Notes: a model not told the origin generated them from the sequence alone. A stretch of DNA of 64,000 bases from an uncultured Bacteroidota bacterium (GCA_964563165.1 CAZLWA010000048.1:10086-74085), one strand, 5' to 3'; shown: positions 47,543 to 56,252, counted from the stretch's first letter. A program made the numbers and translations.

Positions 47543-47716
47543 CCCCCTTGAAAAGAGCCTGTCCCGAGCTTGGCGAGGGAGGGTTAGGGGGATTATTACC
47601 CGCCTGAGCCAGCCTTGAGCGCAGCCGAAGGAGCGCCCCCCTTTGGTAAAGGGGGGACTTGGTAACAGACGATTTCTGAATTCCCCCCTTTATTAAAGGG
47701 GGGGTTCGGGGGGATT
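47543..47716. repeat. Composite family-1 repeat. It is a canonical copy with the CCTGAGC-type motif inserted into its hairpin loop, plus a long-variant copy.
   Basis: CCCCCTTGAAAAG-AGCCTGTCCCGAGCTTGGCGAGG-GAGGGTTAGGGGGATT … CCCCCCTTTGGTAAAGGGGGG…CCCCCCTTTATTAAAGGGGGGTTCGGGGGGATT. Confidence 0.8.
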
Positions 47717-48150
47717 CTTTTCTCGACTTCACTTTCGATCATCTTACAAACACCGTCAAATTCATGCAGCACTTCGTAATTGGTAAATCTCAAAACCTTC
47801 AATTTGTAAGCCTCAAGCACTTTCGTGCGGCCTTTGTCATAATCTTTTCCGTCGTCCGTATAATGGCTATCGCCATCCACTTCAATCACCAATTTCAGTT
47901 TAGCACAATAAAAATCTACAATATAATGATCGATGGGCTTTTGTCTCAGAACGGGAAATTTTAAATGCTTTAAAAAGCCATGCCAGAGTTTCTTCTCCGC
48001 CCGTGTCATGGTTCTCCTGAGAGTCCGCGCACGCTCCTTAAGCTTAGGATTGAAAGGCAAGTGATGGCCGGTGGTAATGAGGCCTTTGGCTTTGGCGTCG
48101 TTTTTCATTTCATAGGTTCCCTTTTTTAATCCCCCCGGCGGAGCCTGCAC
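47596..48150 (-). CDS. DUF559 (Vsr-like) endonuclease-domain protein. The core gene is about 47720-48105. Both termini of the tracked ORF are translated repeats.
   Basis: Core HYIVDFYCAKLKLVIEVDGDSH…VLRFTNYEV. The C-terminal tail PPNPPFNKGG… and the N-terminal MQAPPGGLKKG come from family-1 repeats. Confidence 0.75.
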   Translation of the reverse strand: MQAPPGGLKKGTYEMKNDAKAKGLITTGHHLPFNPKLKERARTLRRTMTRAEKKLWHGFLKHLKFPVLRQKPIDHYIVDFYCAKLKLVIEVDGDSHYTDDGKDYDKGRTKVLEAYKLKVLRFTNYEVLHEFDGVCKMIESEVEKRIPPNPPFNKGGNSEIVCYQVPPLPKGGAPSAALKAGSGG

Positions 48151-48246
48151 TGAGCATCGCGAAGTGGCGCCCCCCTTTGGTAAAGGGGGGACTTGGTAAC
48201 AGACGATTTCTGAATTCCCCTTTATTAAAGGGGGGTTCGGGGGGAT
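48128..48246. repeat. Family-1 long-variant copy (AATCCCCCCGGCGGAGCCTGCACTGAGC…GGGGGGTTCGGGGGGATT)
   Basis: About 95% identical to the copies at 47637-47716 and 48519-48597. Confidence 0.85.
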
Positions 48247-48273
48247 TCTCTTGGAGCACTCGAGGAGACCATC

Positions 48274-48462
48274 TTATTTTTTTAGCCAATTGGATAATCG
48301 CTGTTCAGCAGCTTGATGAGAAATGCCTTTGCCTTCGTCCAATTCTTTCAACCCCTGATCCACTTGCATTTTGAAATGAAGCTCTTCTATAATATCTTCA
48401 ACGGTCGAACTCTTGGGCATTTTCTTGATTATCTTAATGACGTGATCTTTTACTGCAGGCAT
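48274..48462 (-). CDS. Putative orphan addiction-module antitoxin (small coiled-coil protein)
   Basis: 62 aa: …STVEDIIEELHFKMQVDQGLKELDEGKGISHQAAEQRLSNWLKK. No cognate toxin is adjacent; a family-1 repeat lies where one would be expected. Confidence 0.5.
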   Translation of the reverse strand: MPAVKDHVIKIIKKMPKSSTVEDIIEELHFKMQVDQGLKELDEGKGISHQAAEQRLSNWLKK

Positions 48463-48497
48463 GCGTTCTCCTTAAAATGATATGCTGCCCCTCCCAA

Positions 48498-48597
48498 AAT
48501 CCCCCGCCTTCGGCGCCCCCCTTTGGTAAAGGGGGGACTTGGTAACAGACGATTTCTGAATTCCCCCCTTTTATTAAAGGGGGGTTCGGGGGGATTC
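48498..48597. repeat. Family-1 long-variant copy
   Basis: AATCCCCCGCCTTCGGCGCCCCCCTTTGGTAAAGGGGGGACTTGGTAACAGACGATTTCTGAATTCCCCCCTTTTATTAAAGGGGGGTTCGGGGGGATT. Confidence 0.85.
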
Positions 48598-49040
48598 TCC
48601 TGAGCGAGCGAAGCGAGTCGCAGGAGTCATTCCCACGAACGCGGGAATCTATTTCACATCCTCAAATCAGGCTAATTAGAGATTTTATTCCATTCTTTGA
48701 TGCGTCTGATCGCTTCACTAATTTGTTTTTCCAAATCTAATTGTCCAACTAGGTTTTGTTTCGTCAAGAACTTTGAAATTTTTGCGGCGAACAAAACTTT
48801 GTTTTGGAGAAACTTACTGCCTTCGTCTTTCCTGAATTATTTCTTCCAATAATAATATTAATAGGTAATATCGAATCAAATCCATGTTCAACTTCCTTGA
48901 AACATTTATGGTGTTTTAATTTTGATTGATGTCTTGTCTAACATTACTGATCTCTTCCAAATGCGAAAAAAGGCACAAAACCTTCCCATTTTCGGGACGT
49001 CTTGTGCCTTAAATTAAAATTACTTTTCTAATTCAGCTTT

Positions 49041-49156
49041 GCGTCCCCCTGACGCGGAAAATCCCCCGCCTTCGCGGAGCCTGTCCTGAGCGATAGCGAA
49101 GGGCTCAGGCCGCCCCCTTTATTAAAGGGGGCAAGCGCCGAAGGTGCTGGGGGATT
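49041..49156. repeat. Family-1 long-variant copy abutting the nrdJ stop
   Basis: AAAATCCCCCGCCTTCGCGGAGCCTGTCCTGAGCGATAGCGAAGGGCTCAGGCCGCCCCCTTTATTAAAGGGGGCAAG…GGGGGATT. Confidence 0.8.
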
Positions 49157-52100
49157 CTACGAGCACCCCATGCTATTCCCGCAGTTCAGGCATTTGTAGC
49201 ATGCGCCGTTGCGCACGGTCATATGCCCGCACACGTCGCACGCGGGTGCGTCGCCCATCATCTCGCTCAGATGTTTATCGAGTAAATTCTGCGAAGTTTC
49301 TTTCGGGGTCTCCGCGGGCGTATGGTCCACGACCGTCGGCGTAGCCGGGTCGTGCGATTCGCCGTTGAGCGTCGGCGGAATGTGAACGAAATCCATGCGC
49401 TTGAGATATTCCATGCCGAGCACGCGGAAAATAAAATCCAGTATCGAGGTCGCGTTTTTGATGTTCGGGTGATTCGTAAATCCGCTCGGCTCGAAGCGCG
49501 TGAATGTGAATTTCTCCACGAATTTGTCCAGCGGCACGCCGTACTGCAGTCCCATTGAGACCGCGACGGCAAAACAGTTGAGTAAACTGCGGTAGGCTGC
49601 GCCTTCTTTGAACATATCGATGAAGATCTCGCCGATCTGGTTGTCATCGTATTCTCCGGTGCGGAAATAAATTTTATGTCCGCCCATTTCGACTTCCTGC
49701 GTGAATCCCTGCCGTTTGTGCGGCATCGGTTTTTTCTGCCCGCGGCGTAATTCTCTGCCGGACTTTTCGATCGCGTCCTGAACGGCTTTATCCAATTGCG
49801 CTTGCGTGATCGTCATCTCGTCTTCGACCGATTCTTTGGAGGACGATTTATTGCTGAGCGGCTGGGAGAATTTCGATCCGTCGCGGTAGAGCGCCACGGC
49901 TTTGAGCCCGAGCTTCCAGCCTTCGAAATAAATGCGCTCGATATCTTTTACGGTCGCTTCCGAAGGAATATTTACCGTTTTGGAGATCGCACCGGAGAGG
50001 AACGGCTGAACCGCACCCATCATCTTCACGTGCCCCATCGGGTCGATGTAGCGTTTGCCGATACCGCATTTATTCGCGCAGTCGAACACCGCGAGATGTT
50101 CTTCTTTCATTAAGTGAGTTCCTTCCACGGTCTGCGCGCCGGCGATATAGATCACCGCGCGTGAGATCTGTTCACCGGAAAGGCCTTTTTGCTTCAGCGT
50201 CTTGATATTGATATGCGGCGTCCATTCGTCCAGCGATTTATTTTTATTGACGTAAGCTTCGGCTTCGGCAATTTCAGGATCCGTGAAACCCATTTGTTTC
50301 AGTTGTTCCGGATTCACATAGGGCGCACCGTCGAATGTGCCGTGGCCGAGAATGTATTTGATGATACCGTCGATCTCTTCTTTATTATATCCTAATTTGC
50401 CGAGCGATTGCGGAATGGAGCCGTTGACGATCTTGAAATATCCGCCGCCGGCTAATTTTTTCCATTTCACCAAAGAGAATTCCGGTTCGACGCCGGTCGT
50501 GTCGCAATCCATCAAAAGCCCGATCGTTCCCGTTGGGGCAAGCACCGTCGCCTGCGCATTGCGGTAACCGAACTGGCCGCCCATGGCCACGCAGGCGTCC
50601 CAGTCTTCGCGCGCCGCACGGACCAGGTCGTCCGGGCAAAATTCGTTACTGATTTTATAAGCCGCATCGCGGTGTTTGTTCATCACGCGCATCATCGGTT
50701 TTTCATTTTTCTTGTAGCCGGGAAAAGCGCCTTTGACGGAAGCCACCTCCGCGGAACCGCGGAATCCCCACGCATGCATGATCGCGGTGATCGCGCCGGC
50801 CCACGCTCTGCCTTCTTCGGAATCGTACGGAATGCCGTTGACCATCAATAGGGTCCCTAAATTCGCATAACCCAATCCGAGCGGGCGGTAATCGTGGCTG
50901 TTCTGCGCAATTTTCTGGGTCGGGTAGGAAGACATGTCCACGAGAATTTCCTGCGCGATAATGAACACGCGGCAGGCTTCGCGGAATCCTGCGATATCGA
51001 ATTTGCCGGATTCATCGGAACATTTCATCAAATTGACCGACGCGAGATTGCAGGCGGTATCGTCGAGGAACATATATTCCGAGCAGGGATTCGACGCGTG
51101 AATCTTGTCGGTCGACGGGCAGGTGTGCCAGTCATTGATCGTGTCGTCGAATTGAATGCCGGGATCGGCGCATGCCCATGCGGCGTAAGAAATTTGATCG
51201 AACAGATCGCGCGCTTTGTAGGTATCGATGACTTCGCCGGAAGTGCGCGACGTGGTTTTCCATTCGCCGTCGTCGAGAACGGCGTTCATGAATTTATCGG
51301 AAACGCGGACCGAGTTGTTGGAGTTTTGTCCGGAGACGGTTTGGTACGCTTCGCCGTTGAAATCGCTGTCGTATCCGGCGTCGATGAGGGCTTTGACTTT
51401 CTTTTCTTCTTTCACTTTCCAATTGATGAAATCCACGATCTCCGGGTGGTCCATATCGAGGCAGACCATTTTCGCCGCACGGCGCGTGGTGCCGCCGGAT
51501 TTGGTCGCACCCGCTCCGCGGTCCAGAACGCTCAGGAACGACATGAGGCCCGAGGACGTTCCTCCGCCGGAAAGTTTTTCCTGTTTGCCGCGCAAAGATG
51601 AAAAATTGCTGCCCGTGCCGGAACCGTATTTGAAAAGCCGGGCTTCGTTCTTGGCCAATTCAAAAATGCCCATCAGGTCGTCACTCACCGCCTGAATGAA
51701 GCACGCCGAGCATTGCGGATGTGAATACGAATCGGGGGTCATTTCGATGTTGCCTGTTTTAGGATTCCAAAAATAATTTCCGCCCGAACCTTCGATATGA
51801 TATTCCTGGGAAAGGCCGCAATTGAACCAGACCGGCGAATTGAATGCGCCCATTTGATTGACTAGCAGATGCGTGAGTTCCATTTCAAAGATCTCGGCAT
51901 CGTTCTTCGAATCGAAGTATCCTAATTTTTCACCTTCCGCCCGGATCGTATGCGCGACGCGATAGACCAATTGTTTGGCGCTCGTTTCATTGCCGGTTCC
52001 AGGTACTCCCGCTTTGCGGAAATATTTGGAGGCTGCGATGTCCGTAGCCAATTGCGACCAGCTTTTGGGGATATCGAGGTCCTTCATTTCGAAAACAACT

Positions 52101-52306
52101 CTGCCGTCCGGCTCGGTGATCACGCTCGTGCGCTTTTCCCATTCGATCGCGTCGAACGGGTGAACGCCTTCTTTGGTGAAATAGCGTTTGAAACGCAATC
52201 CTTTCGCGCCGTCGTAGGCGATCCCGTTGATGGTGCGCGGGGTGGACTTGCTCGGGGACGGTTTTTTTGCATCCTTGACTTGGGCATCAGGGTTCTGAAG
52301 GGCCAT
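49157..52306 (-). CDS. nrdJ: Adenosylcobalamin-dependent (class II) ribonucleoside-diphosphate reductase
   Basis: The 1049-aa protein has the RNR catalytic core (NPCSEY) and the class II C-terminal Zn-ribbon CDVCGHMTVRNGACYKCLNCGNSMGC. Confidence 0.9.
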   Translation of the reverse strand: MALQNPDAQVKDAKKPSPSKSTPRTINGIAYDGAKGLRFKRYFTKEGVHPFDAIEWEKRTSVITEPDGRVVFEMKDLDIPKSWSQLATDIAASKYFRKAGVPGTGNETSAKQLVYRVAHTIRAEGEKLGYFDSKNDAEIFEMELTHLLVNQMGAFNSPVWFNCGLSQEYHIEGSGGNYFWNPKTGNIEMTPDSYSHPQCSACFIQAVSDDLMGIFELAKNEARLFKYGSGTGSNFSSLRGKQEKLSGGGTSSGLMSFLSVLDRGAGATKSGGTTRRAAKMVCLDMDHPEIVDFINWKVKEEKKVKALIDAGYDSDFNGEAYQTVSGQNSNNSVRVSDKFMNAVLDDGEWKTTSRTSGEVIDTYKARDLFDQISYAAWACADPGIQFDDTINDWHTCPSTDKIHASNPCSEYMFLDDTACNLASVNLMKCSDESGKFDIAGFREACRVFIIAQEILVDMSSYPTQKIAQNSHDYRPLGLGYANLGTLLMVNGIPYDSEEGRAWAGAITAIMHAWGFRGSAEVASVKGAFPGYKKNEKPMMRVMNKHRDAAYKISNEFCPDDLVRAAREDWDACVAMGGQFGYRNAQATVLAPTGTIGLLMDCDTTGVEPEFSLVKWKKLAGGGYFKIVNGSIPQSLGKLGYNKEEIDGIIKYILGHGTFDGAPYVNPEQLKQMGFTDPEIAEAEAYVNKNKSLDEWTPHINIKTLKQKGLSGEQISRAVIYIAGAQTVEGTHLMKEEHLAVFDCANKCGIGKRYIDPMGHVKMMGAVQPFLSGAISKTVNIPSEATVKDIERIYFEGWKLGLKAVALYRDGSKFSQPLSNKSSSKESVEDEMTITQAQLDKAVQDAIEKSGRELRRGQKKPMPHKRQGFTQEVEMGGHKIYFRTGEYDDNQIGEIFIDMFKEGAAYRSLLNCFAVAVSMGLQYGVPLDKFVEKFTFTRFEPSGFTNHPNIKNATSILDFIFRVLGMEYLKRMDFVHIPPTLNGESHDPATPTVVDHTPAETPKETSQNLLDKHLSEMMGDAPACDVCGHMTVRNGACYKCLNCGNSMGCS

Positions 52307-52813
52307 GACAAAAATCCTTATGGGTTAAAAAGTGGAACCTGGGTTTTTAAGAATAAATTTCCAAAAAAGACGTCAATGTTTCATCTCATACTTCAAAAAA
52401 AGAAAATACGTTAGCGATGAAGTACTTCAAGAATTGTTCTCTTCTACAAATGTAGCGGAGTATTGATGTCAATTCTAATGAAATGCTCTCTCAATAACAG
52501 GGGTGAACACATTATAAAGCACCGCCTTTTTATAAGCAAGAAGTATTTTTAAACTCACACAATCCACAAGTTATTAACATCATTAATCTAATAAAAACAG
52601 CCCTTGAAAGCCAGAAAAAAAAGTTATCAACATAAAATTGATCTTCACAAATTAATCACAATTTACGAAGCAGAAAAATATATTTTCGTAAAATAATCAT
52701 AATTATAGAAACAGATCGGAGAAAAAGTCTTTTGGAGAGACAAAAAGAAGAATCCCGGGAAAATACAAAGCGTTTAATGCGAATCTGACCAACAACAAAT
52801 CTTCAATTCTCCC

Positions 52814-53578
52814 TTGCTTTTTCTTTTCAATTCCGTTATAATTTATCCGGCCTTTTTCCCCATTGAAATTCCATTTCTGTTCACCAATGGAGCTTGCGAT
52901 ATGCCTTCCTTGTCAACCGCGGTTTGGTCATCGGTCGGAAAAAAAATTATCACCGGGCTCACCGGGCTTGCCCTATGCGTGTTCGTTCTCATGCATCTGT
53001 TGGGCAATCTGAATTTGTTTGTCGGCGCGGATGCTTTTAATCTGTATACGCATAAGCTCGAAAGTTTCGGCGGAATATTGTATGTGATCGAGGCGCTGCT
53101 GGCGATGGTTTTCGTACTGCATGCGGTCGTCGGCGTTTCTGTGTGGGTGAAAAAGAGGCAGGCGCGGCCCGTACCTTACGAGCAGGTCGCCAACGCCGGC
53201 GCACCCAGCCATAAATCGCTCTCCTCCCTTTCGATGATCTACACGGGAATTTTGCTCCTTATTTTTTTGGTCCTGCATTTGAAGACCTTCAAATACGGAC
53301 CTTTTTACACGACCTATATTGACGGTGTGGGCGACGTAAGAGATCTTTACCGGTTGGTCATCGACGTCTACCGCGATCCGGTCTATGTGATTTCTTACGT
53401 TATCCTGATGGTTTTGCTCGGCGTGCATTTACGCCACGGTTTCTGGAGCGCATTCCAGTCGCTCGGCGTGAGCAATCCCCGCTTCACCCCGGTGATACAT
53501 ATTTTTGGAATTGCCTTCGCAGTCGCGATCGCCGTGGGGTTCCTAGTGATGCCTGTGTGGATTTATTTGACGAATTAA
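52814..53578 (+). CDS. sdhC: Succinate dehydrogenase/fumarate reductase cytochrome b subunit, type B (the true start is probably ATG at 52901)
   Basis: About 5 TM helices with conserved His (LMHLLGNL, LHAVVG, LHLKTF, HLRHGF). It lies immediately upstream of sdhA and sdhB. Confidence 0.8.
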   Translation: MLFLFNSVIIYPAFFPIEIPFLFTNGACDMPSLSTAVWSSVGKKIITGLTGLALCVFVLMHLLGNLNLFVGADAFNLYTHKLESFGGILYVIEALLAMVFVLHAVVGVSVWVKKRQARPVPYEQVANAGAPSHKSLSSLSMIYTGILLLIFLVLHLKTFKYGPFYTTYIDGVGDVRDLYRLVIDVYRDPVYVISYVILMVLLGVHLRHGFWSAFQSLGVSNPRFTPVIHIFGIAFAVAIAVGFLVMPVWIYLTN

Positions 53579-53579
53579 A

Positions 53580-53674
53580 TACATGTTTCCCCACGAAACA
53601 CACGAAAAAGGCACGAAAAATTTTAATGCAAAATACAAGTGATTGCCCGCGAAATACGCGAAACATGCGAAAAA
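53580..53674. repeat. Family-2 repeat array in CACGAAA orientation upstream of the GxxExxY gene
   Basis: CCCCACGAAACACACGAAAAAGGCACGAAAAA … TTGCCCGCGAAATACGCGAAACATGCGAAAAA. Confidence 0.8.
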
Positions 53675-54085
53675 ATGAATACAAAAAATATTGTCTTTGC
53701 TGAAGAAAGCTACAAAATCCTCGGGGCATGTTTCAATGTTTACAAAGCGAAAGGGTGCGGATTTTTAGAGGCAGTCTATCATGAATGCCTGCAAATAGAA
53801 TTTGAATTTCAGAAAATTCCTTTTGTATCCCAGAAGGAACTGGCAATAGAATATCGAGATCGGCTACTCAAACAAAACTACAAAGCCGATTTTATTTGTT
53901 TTGACAAGATCATCGTTGAAATAAAGGCGGCTTCCAAAATAATCGATGAACACCGGGCACAGGTATTGAATTATGTTAATGCGACAAATTCTAAACTCGG
54001 CATTTTGGTCAATTTCGGACATTATCCTAAATTGGAATACGAACGGTTTGCGTTGACTGAAAAAAAAGTTACAAAAACAGTTTAA
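53639..54085 (+). CDS. GxxExxY-family protein (PD-(D/E)xK-like). The true start is probably ATG at 53675.
   Basis: GCGFLEAVYHECLQIEF (the GxxExxY motif) and DFICFDKIIVEIK (a PD-(D/E)xK core). It is inserted between sdhC and sdhA and bracketed by inverted repeat arrays. Confidence 0.75.
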   Translation: MIAREIRETCEKMNTKNIVFAEESYKILGACFNVYKAKGCGFLEAVYHECLQIEFEFQKIPFVSQKELAIEYRDRLLKQNYKADFICFDKIIVEIKAASKIIDEHRAQVLNYVNATNSKLGILVNFGHYPKLEYERFALTEKKVTKTV

Positions 54086-54289
54086 AAACTTTTGCGCCTT
54101 TTCGCGTGTTTCGCGGGCAAATAGTTTCTGTGTTTCGTGGGAAAAAGTTTTCGCGTGTTTGGCGGTTTAATAGTTTTCGTGTCTTTTCGTGTTTTTCGTG
54201 GGAAAAGTTTTCGCGTATTTCGCGGGCTAAGTTTTTTTCGTGTCTTTCGTGGGGAAGTATTCTGCGGGCAAGCATAAGGAGAATGATAA
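54086..54289. repeat. Tandem array of about 7 copies of a degenerate 25-bp unit (GTTTTCGCGTGTTTCGCGGGCAAAT) in TTCGTG orientation
   Basis: Contiguous units are visible: GTTTTCGCGTGTTTCGCGGGCAAATA / GTTTCTGTGTTTCGTGGGAAAAA / GTTTTCGCGTGTTTGGCGGTTTAATA / GTTTTCGTGTCTTTTCGTGTTTTTCGTGGGAAAA / GTTTTCGCGTATTTCGCGGGCTAA / GTTTTTTTCGTGTCTTTCGTGGGGAA. Confidence 0.85.
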
Positions 54290-56203
54290 ATGAAACTAGA
54301 TTCAAAGATCCCGTCCGGGCCGTTAGCCGATAAATGGGACAAACATAAATTCGATATCAAATTGGTCAACCCGGCCAACAAACGGAAATACACTATAATA
54401 GTAGTCGGGACCGGGTTGGCCGGCGGATCTGCGGCGGCGAGCCTGGCGGAATTAGGCTACAACGTTTTGAGTTTTTGCATTCAGGATTCGCCGCGCCGTG
54501 CGCACAGCATCGCCGCCCAAGGCGGCATCAACGCCGCCAAGAATTACCCTAACGACGGCGACAGCGTGTGGAGGTTATTTTACGATACCATCAAAGGCGG
54601 CGATTACCGTTCCCGTGAAGCCAATGTCTATCGCCTCGCACAGCTGAGCACCAACATCATCGATCAATGCGTCGCCCAGGGCGTTCCGTTCGCCCGCGAG
54701 TACGGCGGACAATTGGACAACCGGTCCTTCGGCGGTGCGCAGGTATCGCGCACCTTTTACGCGCGCGGGCAAACCGGCCAGCAGCTTTTACTCGGGGCAT
54801 ACAGTTCGCTGATGCGCCAGGTGGATACGGGCCGCGTCAAGTTATTTCCCCGCCGGGAAATGCTGGATCTTGTTATCGCCGGCGGCAAAGCGCGCGGTAT
54901 TGTCGCCCGAAATCTCGTCGACGGCACCATCGAATCCTATGCCGCGGATGCGGTCATACTGGCTACCGGCGGTTACGGTAACGCATACTATCTTTCGACC
55001 AACGCAAAAAATTCGAATGTCACCGCCGCATGGCGCTGCTACAAGCGCGGTGCACTGTTTGCCAATCCGTGCTTCACGCAAATTCACCCGACGTGCATCC
55101 CGGTTTCCGGCGATCACCAGGCGAAGCTCACCTTGATGAGCGAAAGCCTGCGCAACGACGGACGTGTATGGGTTCCGAAAAATAAAGGCGACCGGCGCCC
55201 GCCGGAACAAATTCCGGAAGAAGACCGCGATTATTATCTCGAAAGAAAATATCCGAGCTTCGGCAATCTCGTTCCGAGGGACGTGGCTTCCCGTAATGCG
55301 AAAGCGGTGTGCGACGAAGGCCGCGGTGCGGGCGATTCGGGCTTGTCCGTATATTTGGATTTTCGCGACGCCCTTAAACGCGTCGGAGAACATTCGATCA
55401 AAGAAAAATACGGCAACCTCTTCGATATGTATCAACGCATCACGGATGAGGACCCGTACCACGTTCCGATGCGCATTTATCCGGCGATCCACTATACGAT
55501 GGGCGGCTTGTGGGTGGATTATAATCTGATGAGCACGATTCCCGGACTGCATGTATTAGGCGAGGCGAATTTCTCCGACCACGGTGCGAACCGCCTCGGC
55601 GCGAGCGCACTCATGCAGGGTTTGGCGGACGGTTACTTCGTGATCCCCTATACGATCGGTCATTATCTGGCAACTGCCGATCTTCCTAAGATCGATACGG
55701 ATCAAAAAGAATTCAAAACAGTTGCCGAGGAAGTGAAAACGAAAACCGCAAAAATGCTTGCCATCAAAGGCAAAAAGACTGTTACGGAATTCCATCGCAG
55801 CATCGGAAAATTGTTGTGGGATTATGTCGGTATGGCACGGAATGAAAAAGGATTGAAAAAAGTGATTAAAGAAATTCCGAAATTACGCGAAGAGTTCTGG
55901 CAGAACGTTTCGATTCCTGCGGACGGCGATTCGCTGAACAAGAATCTGGAATTTGCCGGGCGCGTTGCCGATTTTCTGGAATTGGGTGAATTGATGGCGC
56001 GGGATGCACTGAACCGCAAAGAATCGTGCGGCGGGCATTTCCGCGAGGAATATCAAACTCCGGACGGCGAAGCGAAACGCGACGACACCAATTTTTCATA
56101 CATTGCCGCGTGGGAATATGCCGGCGATAAAAAGGAACCGGTTTTGAATAAAGAAAAACTGGAATTCGAGAACGTTCATTTGAGTCAACGCAGTTATAAG
56201 TAA
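54290..56203 (+). CDS. sdhA: Succinate dehydrogenase/fumarate reductase flavoprotein subunit
   Basis: FAD-binding motif [15 protein letters not shown], a covalent-FAD His region (HSIAAQGG) and 637 aa. Confidence 0.9.
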   Translation: MKLDSKIPSGPLADKWDKHKFDIKLVNPANKRKYTIIVVGTGLAGGSAAASLAELGYNVLSFCIQDSPRRAHSIAAQGGINAAKNYPNDGDSVWRLFYDTIKGGDYRSREANVYRLAQLSTNIIDQCVAQGVPFAREYGGQLDNRSFGGAQVSRTFYARGQTGQQLLLGAYSSLMRQVDTGRVKLFPRREMLDLVIAGGKARGIVARNLVDGTIESYAADAVILATGGYGNAYYLSTNAKNSNVTAAWRCYKRGALFANPCFTQIHPTCIPVSGDHQAKLTLMSESLRNDGRVWVPKNKGDRRPPEQIPEEDRDYYLERKYPSFGNLVPRDVASRNAKAVCDEGRGAGDSGLSVYLDFRDALKRVGEHSIKEKYGNLFDMYQRITDEDPYHVPMRIYPAIHYTMGGLWVDYNLMSTIPGLHVLGEANFSDHGANRLGASALMQGLADGYFVIPYTIGHYLATADLPKIDTDQKEFKTVAEEVKTKTAKMLAIKGKKTVTEFHRSIGKLLWDYVGMARNEKGLKKVIKEIPKLREEFWQNVSIPADGDSLNKNLEFAGRVADFLELGELMARDALNRKESCGGHFREEYQTPDGEAKRDDTNFSYIAAWEYAGDKKEPVLNKEKLEFENVHLSQRSYK

Positions 56204-56210
56204 TTGGGCG

Positions 56211-56246
56211 GCCACAAAGGCACGAAGGCACAAAATATTTTGTAGA
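56211..56246. repeat. Family-2 repeat fragment between sdhA and sdhB (GCCACAAAGGCACGAAGGCACAAAATATTTTGTA)
   Basis: Read from the sequence. Confidence 0.65.
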
Positions 56247-56252
56247 AAAGGA

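Noticed and set aside
45707-49156. A possible CRISPR array, suggested by the multiple near-identical repeats
   Set aside because: The repeat units are 85-150 bp, internally palindromic, irregularly spaced (about 350-900 bp) and separated by genes. No cas genes or leader are present.
52307-52813. A cobalamin riboswitch upstream of nrdJ
   Set aside because: NrdJ is B12-dependent, so a B12-off riboswitch is not expected. No conserved B12-box-like consensus is evident in the AT-rich leader. This is left as a check, not a call.
53639-53674. GTG start of the GxxExxY ORF as given in the track (MIAREIRETCEK…)
   Set aside because: These 12 codons are translated from the family-2 repeat (CCCGCGAAATACGCGAAACATGCGAAAAA). 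The ATG at 53675 is the more plausible start.
54069-54393. Overlapping short ORFs (54069..54305 -, 54082..54393 -, 54106..54333 +) with repetitive peptide sequences such as SRVFRG / TRKLFP
   Set aside because: They are translations of the 25-bp tandem repeat array in three frames and are not protein-coding.
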